Positions 24,539-31,892 of a DNA stretch of 36,505 nucleotides are shown here, piece after piece. Below the pieces are notes generated by a model. The model made no database searches and was not told the DNA's origin. It saw only the letters and a program-made list of their open reading frames with translations. A program made the translations under genes and the position numbers. The DNA comes from an uncultured Pseudomonadota bacterium (GTDB lineage: Bacteria > Myxococcota_A > UBA9042 > PHBI01 > CALCNF01): positions 1 through 36,505 of the forward strand of contig CALCNF010000145.1 of NCBI GenBank assembly GCA_937897815.1, given 5' to 3'. Within the stretch, counting starts at the first letter, position 1. Each line of letters starts with the position of its first letter.

Positions 24539-25650
24539 GGGTTCGCGCTCTGTGGCTCGCCCTGGCCGTGGTCATCGCGGGTCAGGTCACCTGCGCGACG
24601 GGGATCGAGCCTCCGCGCGCTACCGATCTTGTGGAGGTCACCGAGGGGCTGACCTTCGAGTTTGGCCAGGAGGCCATCTGCTGGAACCGCGCGGAGATGC
24701 TCGGTCCGAACAAGGACGTTTCGCCGGGCAACTGCAAGGACGGCAAATACATCCCCTTCATTCCGCCCACGACCCAGGTGGTCCTCAAGCCCTTCGCCAT
24801 CGAGCAGCACGAGGTCTCCAATTTTCAGTACGAGTACTGTGTCGCCATGGGCGCTTGCACGCCTCCGAGCGGCTACAACGCGCCAGGTCCGCGGCAGCAG
24901 GACTACTACGAGATCGACGAGTTTGATGACCACCCGGTGATGTTCGTGAGCAAGTTTCAGGCCCAGGAGTACTGCGCGTTCGTCGGCCGACGTCTGCCGA
25001 CGGAGCTGGAGTGGGACCGCGCGGCTCGAGGCAACCCCGAGGTCGTCACGGGCGGCAAGCGCAAGGTGCCTACCGACGCCTTTGATGTCCTGGAGTCCTG
25101 CAAAGGCAAGGACGTCTCCGGGACGTTCTGCGGCCAGAGCGCCGACACCGTTCCCGTGGATCAGCCTGGCGACGACTATGTGATGGAGGGGGACTACAAG
25201 ATCCACCACCTGTTCTCCAACGTCGCCGAGTGGACCGGGGACGCCTACGACATCTTGCGGACCTGTAAAGATGACATGCCGGCGGAGTGCACGAGCGTCT
25301 TCGAGTGCAATGAGCTGGTGGGAGACCCCGCTCTACAGTGCTGGCAATCGGCTAATGTCTGCACGCCCTGCGATGACTACGATACCGATGTGGAGTACTG
25401 CCACCAGGGCTGCGCGAATGACAGCAGGAGCTACTATACGTGCGTGACGTGGGGCCCGGACTCTCTTCCGGTCGAGGCGAGCCAGCTGAAGACGGGCGCT
25501 GATAATTTTGGCGCCGTTCGAGGGGGCTCGGTCACCACGGCCGACGATCGCTCCTGTCACTTCTTTAGCGACTACCGAGGCTCTACGATCCAGAAGTCGA
25601 CGGACACAGGGCTCTCCGCGCTGGGCTTTCGCTGCGCGGTCGATCTGTAG
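24535..25650 (+). CDS. FGE-sulfatase (SUMF1/formylglycine-generating-enzyme-like) domain lipoprotein with a Cys-rich insertion
   Basis: The ATGA overlap with the PEGA gene suggests coupling. The signal is MRVRALWLALAVVIAGQVTC. FGE-fold blocks are FAIEQHEVSNFQYEYC, HPVMFVSKFQAQEYCAFVGRRLPTELEWDRAARG, HHLFSNVAEWTGDAY, VRGGS and LGFRCAVDL. Confidence 0.85.
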   Translation: MRVRALWLALAVVIAGQVTCATGIEPPRATDLVEVTEGLTFEFGQEAICWNRAEMLGPNKDVSPGNCKDGKYIPFIPPTTQVVLKPFAIEQHEVSNFQYEYCVAMGACTPPSGYNAPGPRQQDYYEIDEFDDHPVMFVSKFQAQEYCAFVGRRLPTELEWDRAARGNPEVVTGGKRKVPTDAFDVLESCKGKDVSGTFCGQSADTVPVDQPGDDYVMEGDYKIHHLFSNVAEWTGDAYDILRTCKDDMPAECTSVFECNELVGDPALQCWQSANVCTPCDDYDTDVEYCHQGCANDSRSYYTCVTWGPDSLPVEASQLKTGADNFGAVRGGSVTTADDRSCHFFSDYRGSTIQKSTDTGLSALGFRCAVDL

Positions 25651-25773
25651 CGGGATCGACACCCCACCGGGGTCGTTTGTCCTCGGGTCGCTCGACCTCG
25701 TTTACAGCAGCTCGGCCGCGAGCCAACTCTCCTGAACGGCGCAGGGAGCTCTATTCTTCGCCCGGGTCGAATT

Positions 25774-25790
25774 TGGCACGGTCCGTGCTT
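25774..25790 (+). promoter_or_regulatory. Candidate sigma-54 (RpoN) promoter upstream of the LysM/muramidase-like gene
   Basis: TGGCAC-ggtcc-GTGCTt compares with the consensus TGGCAC-N5-TTGCW. The GG and GC dinucleotides have the exact 10-nt spacing. It lies in a 202-bp intergenic region, about 63 nt upstream of the TTG start at 25853. Confidence 0.5.
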
Positions 25791-25852
25791 TTACTCTCTA
25801 CGTTCGGTGAGGCGCGCGTGAGAACGACGGTGAACTCCACAGGAGTCACACC

Positions 25853-27004
25853 TTGGGCGATTTCATGCTCACCAAACCCTCCGAGAGCTCTTCCCCCCGC
25901 CGCGAAGGCGCCCGGACCCTGGCCACCCGGCCTCTCTCCCTGCCCAAGAGCGCTCTCCCCGACGAGGAGCGGGGGTTCGTCGTCGTCCGACCCGGGGACA
26001 CCCTGGTGAGCCTGGCCTACGCCCACCTGGGCGACGGGGGGCGCTGGCGGGAGATCTGGTCTCTGAATCGAGACTTCGTGCCCAACCCGCGCACGATCCT
26101 CCCCGGTCAGACCCTCCGGCTCCCCGAGACGGGCGAGCCCGCCGTGTCCCAGGCCCAGCGGGCGCCGGATCCCGAGTCTCCTTATCGTCTCTACGTGGTT
26201 CGTTCCATGGACAGCCTGAGCTGGATCGCCAAGAGGGAGCTCGGAGCGGGTTCCCGCTGGCGGGAGATCTGGCTCCTGAATCGCGACCAGCTCCCCAGCC
26301 CAAACCTCCTCTCGCCCGGCCTGACGCTCCGGATCCCGGTGGACGAGAGCCCGGCTGTCGAGGCGCCGTCTGAGGCGGTCGGTGAGACCGGAGCCTCGGA
26401 GGAGCGCGGGACGACCGTCCCAGAGGTCATGAGCCTCGATGAGCGGCGCGCGCGAGACGTCCGGGAGCGCTGGGGATCGATCCTGGAGCGAGCGGCCTCC
26501 GAGCTGAGCCTCCCGGTCGATGTCTGCGCCGCGCTGTGCATGTCCGAACACCGTCACGAGGGTTTTGAGCGGGACGGTGAGCTGCGCGTGCGGTTTGAAC
26601 GGAAGATCTTCGCGGGCAGGACCGGGAAGTGGATCGGGAACCTCCATCGAGATCCGTCCGACGAGCGTAGAGCTCTGAGTGAAGCGCTGGTTCACGACGA
26701 GCAGTCGGCTTACGCGTCCCTGGCCATGGGCGGCGCTGGCCTCATGGGTTATCGCGCTCGACAGATGGGCTACGAGAGCCCCCGGGCCATGTGGGAGGCC
26801 ATGGGAGAATCGGAGGCGACTCAGATCGAGTCGCTCCTAAGGCTCCTCGCCTCCTCGGCCGGGCTGGCTGAGGCGGCTCGGGCTCAGGGCTGGATTGTCC
26901 TGGGGCGCCAGGTGGGTCTCCTCCTGGGCTCGCGCGCGGGCCGAGCGATTGAACTGGAGCGCTACGCCCGGATCTTCAAACGCTTGGCGTCGTCGGAGTC
27001 TTGA
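25853..27004 (+). CDS. Protein with two LysM domains and a divergent C-terminal N-acetylmuramidase-like (DUF3380-type) domain; no signal peptide
   Basis: TTG 25853 has AGGAG 7 nt upstream; the alternative start is ATG 25865. LysM1 is VVVRPGDTLVSLAYAHLGDGGRWREIWSLNRDFVPNPRTILPGQTLRLP. LysM2 is YVVRSMDSLSWIAKRELGAGSRWREIWLLNRDQLPSPNLLSPGLTLRIP. C-terminal blocks FERKIF, SAYASLAMGGAGLMGYRARQMGYESPRAMWEAMGESEATQIESLLRLL and AARAQGW resemble the muramidase family layout. Confidence 0.65.
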   Translation: MGDFMLTKPSESSSPRREGARTLATRPLSLPKSALPDEERGFVVVRPGDTLVSLAYAHLGDGGRWREIWSLNRDFVPNPRTILPGQTLRLPETGEPAVSQAQRAPDPESPYRLYVVRSMDSLSWIAKRELGAGSRWREIWLLNRDQLPSPNLLSPGLTLRIPVDESPAVEAPSEAVGETGASEERGTTVPEVMSLDERRARDVRERWGSILERAASELSLPVDVCAALCMSEHRHEGFERDGELRVRFERKIFAGRTGKWIGNLHRDPSDERRALSEALVHDEQSAYASLAMGGAGLMGYRARQMGYESPRAMWEAMGESEATQIESLLRLLASSAGLAEAARAQGWIVLGRQVGLLLGSRAGRAIELERYARIFKRLASSES

Positions 27005-27023
27005 CCCGCTCTTCGGGCCCGGT

Positions 27024-28496
27024 TCAGTTCTTCGCCTTGAAGACCAGATAGGAGCCGCTCAAGGACGTCTCCACCTCGGCGGGCTGGGGTGTTGGCGGAA
27101 GCCACGTGACCGGGACGCTCGAGGAGAGGAGCGCGATCGAGCTCTGGATGAGGTCTTGGCTGACCGCCTTCGGAGGGGCCTTGAACAGACCGTCTTCGGT
27201 CTCGTAGCGATCCAGGCTCGCTATGGGATCGGCGAGCCAGACCGCTCGCTCTGTTCCTGTTTGGAGGCCTGCGCTCACCGAGATGTCGAGCTCAAGAGTG
27301 CTCAAGCGCACGTCTGCCCCTTGAAATCGACCATAGAGCTCCAGGGTCCAGCCCTGCGCGATGAGGGTGATCTCAACACCTTCGCCTCCGGAGGCCAGCT
27401 GCGCTCGAGGCGCGGCGCTCGGCCAGAGTCGCAAGCTCAAGTGGCTGTCGGCGTCGAGCTGGGCGAGCTCAGGCCAACTCTCCGACCAATCACCGGCGTC
27501 CCAGCGCGCCGCCATGGGGCGATCGAGACACAGGTCTCCGTTGCGCCAGACCCCCTCAAGGGTCGCGTCCAGGGTCCCGGTGTGCAGGAGCCACATCCGT
27601 TCCCCGACCTCGGACGGTACGGCGGCCGCGGGGATGGAGGTGGGCAGTGTGTCTGGGACGCAGGCGTCCGAAGAGCCCAGGACCCGCATGTCGAAGCCGA
27701 CGATGAGATGCTCTTCGCTCCAGTGCCACCAGGTGACCTCATCCTCCAGGCTGGTCCGGATGTCGATCATGACGGCATTGCTGGACGGCTGGGGGCTCCC
27801 GTTCACCGGCGAGGTGGTGGCCAGATCGAGGCCAAGGGCCGTGGGTACCGCGTCGCTCAGCCACGGAGCGAACGCCTCAGCCATCGCCATGGCCAGCTGC
27901 TCGAAGAGCTCCTTCGGGTTCAGGGTGGGGTCGCCTGCCGGCTCGTCCATCTCGGGGCACTGCGCTGTGTCGGAGGCGATGAGCTCGGCGGTGAGCTCCC
28001 CGTAGCTCTCCGCCGTCGCCTGGACGGAGCCGAGCTTGCTTCGCGTCAATCGAATGGGGAGTCTCCAGACGCCGTGATCGAAGGTCACGTGGGCGGGGCA
28101 GCCGCTCAATGGATCGCTTGAGGGCAGAACGGAGAGGGGTTGAAGGCTCGCCTCAACCACCAGCTCGAGGCCCAGGGCGCTGGCGCTCAGGTTCACCTGC
28201 TCGATCGCCAACTGCGCCTCTCCCCAGGTCAGAGTCGACTTCTGGATGCTGGGGTCTCCCTCTTGGGTCTCCTGGGTGAGCTTCACCGGATCGGACCACT
28301 GCTCTGCTGCCGACAGCTCAAGCAGCGTCGAGGCGATGGTGAAGCTCCCGCTCCCGAGGCTCACGACCACGCCGTTGGACAGCGGGGCCTGCTCCTGGGG
28401 ATCGCTCAGGCTTGGGTTGTCCCAGGGGTTGCCGCTGCACGCACCCAGGAGGAGGGCGATGGCTGCGCTCAAGGCCGCGGTGAGGTCAGGGCGCAT
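27024..28496 (-). CDS. Lipoprotein, function unknown (490 aa)
   Basis: ATG 28496 (MRPDLTAALSAAIALLLGAC, lipobox LLGAC) shares 1 nt with the upstream stop (TGATG). Composition looks like real coding sequence (W, F, Y, N, Q, K present). No family recognised. Confidence 0.65.
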   Translation of the reverse strand: MRPDLTAALSAAIALLLGACSGNPWDNPSLSDPQEQAPLSNGVVVSLGSGSFTIASTLLELSAAEQWSDPVKLTQETQEGDPSIQKSTLTWGEAQLAIEQVNLSASALGLELVVEASLQPLSVLPSSDPLSGCPAHVTFDHGVWRLPIRLTRSKLGSVQATAESYGELTAELIASDTAQCPEMDEPAGDPTLNPKELFEQLAMAMAEAFAPWLSDAVPTALGLDLATTSPVNGSPQPSSNAVMIDIRTSLEDEVTWWHWSEEHLIVGFDMRVLGSSDACVPDTLPTSIPAAAVPSEVGERMWLLHTGTLDATLEGVWRNGDLCLDRPMAARWDAGDWSESWPELAQLDADSHLSLRLWPSAAPRAQLASGGEGVEITLIAQGWTLELYGRFQGADVRLSTLELDISVSAGLQTGTERAVWLADPIASLDRYETEDGLFKAPPKAVSQDLIQSSIALLSSSVPVTWLPPTPQPAEVETSLSGSYLVFKAKN

Positions 28497-29734
28497 CAGT
28501 CGAGCCCCCAGGTCAGGGTCGCGGTCTCCAGGGTGGTCTTGGGCCCATCGTCCAGGTGCCATGCGCCGTAGGCCAGGTGAAGGCCGCCAAGGGCGTCGCG
28601 CTCAAGATCCATGTACGCGCCCGCCGGCAGGGCGCTGAGGACCTCGGGCGTCGTCGGGGTCTGCCCGTACACCCGCGCCTGCCGAAGCTTGAGCAGGCCC
28701 GCGTCCAGGTACACAAGGGTGGCGGCGTCCTGGGCATCGTAGGCGAGGGCTACGTGCTGCCCCACCACGTGGGACCGCGTCGCGCCATGGGTGTCCTGGT
28801 AGGAGCCTCGGTCCACCACGATGGGGTGGGGTGTCGTTCCGTCTGGACTCAGGTATCGAAGTTCGCCCAGGGTCGCGTTGAAGTAGGCCACGCCCAGTCG
28901 CTGCTTGGTGTCGATAGCCGCCGACGCAAACTGACCGACGTCGCCCGTGTCGGCCCCGGTCTCGGGGTCTCGGCCATCGAGGGTCACGACCTCCCAGGAG
29001 CCTTGGACGCGCAGGGCCATCTTCAGGTCTCCGCGGGCTCGGTCGTAGAACGCGATCCGCGGCTCCGATGCGACCAGGACCAGACTGGAGAACTCGCCGT
29101 AGTCCTCCTCGGTGAGGGGGCAATCGGCCTCCCCGGAGCAGCCGTCGATGGTCTCGATATCGAAGGACTCCGCTCCAGGATTCCGGGTCGCCAGACGCAA
29201 GGTTCGCTCCCCTTCGTCTCGGTAGGCGATGTAGATGCGCCCCTCGTTGTCGAGCGCGATGGACGTGTGAGTCCCCCGATCTCCGCTGGTCTCTCCATCG
29301 ACGAGCTCGCTCGTCACGGCTCCCTGGGCAGACAGATGCGCGTATCCGAGAGCACCCCGGTCGACCTCGTACCACGCAAAGTGCGAGCCGCCTTCATCGT
29401 CGGTGGCGACCGACGCCCATCGCCCGCTGTCACGCGCGACCGAGCCCTGCTCGGTCGTGGACCAGCCCGCGATCAGGTGGGTGTGGGTTCCGCCCTCGGG
29501 TGCGTCCACCCGCGCGACGAGGTTTCCGTGGGTGGCGTCGTAGCTCGCCACGACGATTCTCCCATCGTTGTGGATCGCCAGGGTCGCGTGCTGGCCCAGC
29601 TCACCCAGCTCTGGACTCGCGCCGGCTCCGCCGCACGTGCCCTGGGCGCAGGGCGCGGGTGTCGCGTCTTCTTTGCAGGCCCCGAGGGCCAAGAGACAGC
29701 AAAGGAGCAGGACTGTCGGGTGGATGTGTGTCAC
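28496..29734 (-). CDS. Lipoprotein with seven tandem beta-propeller-like repeats, function unknown
   Basis: GTG 29734 (MTHIHPTVLLLCCLLALGAC, lipobox LALGAC). Seven units of about 45-55 aa share the pattern G-x-[HFWY]-[AST]-S/L-hydrophobic-x-D...hydrophobic-A-Y-x-D...G-x-L. Examples are GQHATLAIHNDGRIVVASYDATHGNL, GTHTSIALDNEGRIYIAYRDEGERTL and GQFASAAIDTKQRLGVAYFNATLGEL. Confidence 0.65.
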   Translation of the reverse strand: MTHIHPTVLLLCCLLALGACKEDATPAPCAQGTCGGAGASPELGELGQHATLAIHNDGRIVVASYDATHGNLVARVDAPEGGTHTHLIAGWSTTEQGSVARDSGRWASVATDDEGGSHFAWYEVDRGALGYAHLSAQGAVTSELVDGETSGDRGTHTSIALDNEGRIYIAYRDEGERTLRLATRNPGAESFDIETIDGCSGEADCPLTEEDYGEFSSLVLVASEPRIAFYDRARGDLKMALRVQGSWEVVTLDGRDPETGADTGDVGQFASAAIDTKQRLGVAYFNATLGELRYLSPDGTTPHPIVVDRGSYQDTHGATRSHVVGQHVALAYDAQDAATLVYLDAGLLKLRQARVYGQTPTTPEVLSALPAGAYMDLERDALGGLHLAYGAWHLDDGPKTTLETATLTWGLD

Positions 29735-29863
29735 GTCCCGAGGCTAAGGGGACCTCGGGGTGGAATCAAGCCAATCACCCGCCCCTGCCTGCGGCTGGGG
29801 TGAGCGTGGGCGCGCCGAGCGCGTTTGACCGCGCACGCGCGAGGGCCGTACAGTCGTCTCACG

Positions 29864-31885
29864 ATGGCCAGCGATGAGACGCAAGTAGACGATCCACCGG
29901 ACCACTCAACGACCTCGGACGGTGAGATCGACATCTCTGTGAGCGGCTTCATTCTCGACGCCGATGGCAACGTATTGGCGAGCCCTGCGGAGCCCTCTGA
30001 CGTGATCGTCGTGTCCGATGAGGAGGATCCAGCCCCCATCGAAGAGAGCGGCGGGACCCGTTCTTCGGCCCCGACCACCGGGGAGTATGACCGGACCCTG
30101 GCCGGCGGAGTGCTCACGAGCGAGGATCTCGACGTGGCGCTCGGGGAGCTCGAGGGCGTCGAGGTCACCTTTAAGGATTCCAGCGACTCGCAGCCGATCA
30201 CGCGTCGCTCTGACGTTTCAAGCACCCGCGTCGATGAGCCATCCTCTCTGGACCAAACGACCGCCGGGAGCCTCGATGAGCGCATCCGGCAGAAGCTCGA
30301 CGAGGCGGACAACCGCCCGGATGAAGATCCGATGCTCGGCATGGTCTTGGGCAACCGCTTTGAGGTGCTCGCCAAGATCGGAGAGGGCGGCATGGGCGCG
30401 GTGTACCGCGCGCGCCAGCGCGGCATCGAGCGCGAGGTCGCCATCAAGGTGCTCCTCGGCGATGTGGCGAGGAACAAGACTCTGGTGCGCCGCTTCCATC
30501 TCGAGGCGCTGGCTATTTCCAAGCTCAAGCACCCCAACACCATCCAGATCTTCGACTTTGGCGAAGAGGATGGGCTCCTCTACATCGCCATGGAGTTCCT
30601 TGAGGGGACCTCTTTGCATAGCCTCCTGGAGTTTGAGGAGCTGCTCAGCGTCCAGCGGGCTTGTCGCATCACCCGTCAGATCGCTCAGAGCCTACGAGAG
30701 GCCCACGCGAAGGGGATCATTCACCGCGATCTGAAGCCCGACAACGTCTTCCTGACCTCGGTTGGCGAGGAGAGCGACTTCGTGAAGGTCCTCGACTTCG
30801 GCGTGGCCAAGCTCAAGGAGGGCGACAAGAAGGGCGCGACCGTCACCAAGACCGGGACCATCTTCGGAACCCCGCGCTATATGTCTCCCGAGCAGGCCAA
30901 GGGTAAGCCGGTGGACGCCCGGGCTGACCTGTACGCCATGGGCATCATGCTCTACGAGATGGTCATGGGCTTCGTGCCCTTTGAGTCGGACAACCACCTC
31001 GGGGTCCTGATTCTTCACGTCCAGAAGGCTCCCTCGCCCTTCGCGGAGATGAGGCCCGACCTCGTGGTGCCCTCCAACCTGGAGGCCCTGGTCTTTAAGC
31101 TCCTGGCGAAAGATCCGGATGATCGGTACCAGACCGCTGAGGCGTTGATCCGGGATCTGGAGCAGGTCGATAAGGGCCTCGAGGACATCTTTCGCAACGT
31201 GGTGCGACGTGACGACGTTCTCGCCCACGGCTACGAGGCGATCGAGACGGAGACCACCCGCCATGAGACCCGCGTCTCGACGGACAACGAGCTCGGCTTG
31301 GACACCGTCGGTCCGATTCGGGGTGAGACGCTCTCGGTGGACACCTCCGCTGAGACGCCCAAGAAACGAGCCGCCTGGCTGGGCGCGCTCCTCAAGCTCA
31401 GCGTAGCGGCCGCGGCGACCCTGGCCGTGTTCGTAACTCTCCTTGAGCCCCTGCCCGCCGCTTACCGCGGGATCCCGGCGCTGACGACCCTCGATGTGGG
31501 GATCCAGCCGACCGCCCAGGTTCCATGGATCCAGGTGACCATCGCCAGCGATCCGGCCGAGGCGCAGGTGACGCAGGTCCTCTCTGGTGGGAAGACCACC
31601 GCGCTCGGCAAGACGCCCCTGAGCCTCCGCCGTCACCGGGGTGCGCCGGCAGAGATCTATGCCTTCGAGAAGAAGGGCTATAAGCGCTTTCAGCGCTCCT
31701 TTGACTTCATGAAGGACCAGGTCGAGACCGTTCGACTCGTCGCCGAGCCCAAGCCGGCGGCCGCGGTGAAGAAGCGGCCCGCGGCCAAGAAGCCAAAGGC
31801 CAAGCCCGAGAAGGCGAAGGAGAAGGCGAAGGCCTTCGATTACGCGCCCGGCAAGGTCGGCACCACCAAGTCATCGCCCTACTGA
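29864..31885 (+). CDS. Eukaryotic-like Ser/Thr protein kinase with an acidic N-terminal region, a TM helix, an extracytoplasmic PEGA domain and a Lys-rich tail
   Basis: ATG 29864 (MASDETQ) is preferred over TTG 29825. Kinase motifs are IGEGGMGAVYRA, VAIKVL, HRDLKPDNVFL, DFGVAKL and GTPRYMSPEQ. The TM helix is AWLGALLKLSVAAAATLAVFVTLL. The PEGA-like segment is VTIASDPAEAQV...LGKTPLSL...IYAFEKKGYKRFQRSFDF. The tail is KPAAAVKKRPAAKKPKAKPEKAKEKAKA. Confidence 0.9.
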   Translation: MASDETQVDDPPDHSTTSDGEIDISVSGFILDADGNVLASPAEPSDVIVVSDEEDPAPIEESGGTRSSAPTTGEYDRTLAGGVLTSEDLDVALGELEGVEVTFKDSSDSQPITRRSDVSSTRVDEPSSLDQTTAGSLDERIRQKLDEADNRPDEDPMLGMVLGNRFEVLAKIGEGGMGAVYRARQRGIEREVAIKVLLGDVARNKTLVRRFHLEALAISKLKHPNTIQIFDFGEEDGLLYIAMEFLEGTSLHSLLEFEELLSVQRACRITRQIAQSLREAHAKGIIHRDLKPDNVFLTSVGEESDFVKVLDFGVAKLKEGDKKGATVTKTGTIFGTPRYMSPEQAKGKPVDARADLYAMGIMLYEMVMGFVPFESDNHLGVLILHVQKAPSPFAEMRPDLVVPSNLEALVFKLLAKDPDDRYQTAEALIRDLEQVDKGLEDIFRNVVRRDDVLAHGYEAIETETTRHETRVSTDNELGLDTVGPIRGETLSVDTSAETPKKRAAWLGALLKLSVAAAATLAVFVTLLEPLPAAYRGIPALTTLDVGIQPTAQVPWIQVTIASDPAEAQVTQVLSGGKTTALGKTPLSLRRHRGAPAEIYAFEKKGYKRFQRSFDFMKDQVETVRLVAEPKPAAAVKKRPAAKKPKAKPEKAKEKAKAFDYAPGKVGTTKSSPY

Positions 31886-31892
31886 GGGCGCC

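Noticed and set aside
25641-25680. Possible intrinsic terminator after the FGE-like gene (ACCCC-acc-GGGGT followed by cgTTTGT)
   Set aside because: The stem is only 5 bp with a 3-nt loop, and the T-tract is interrupted. That is too weak to call without 3'-end data.
27024-28496. Idea that the 490-aa lipoprotein is a BPI/TULIP-like two-lobed lipid-binding protein
   Set aside because: The idea rested only on an impression of two halves rich in alternating hydrophobic beta-strand patterns. I saw no specific motif, so it is not reported as a call and would need structure prediction.
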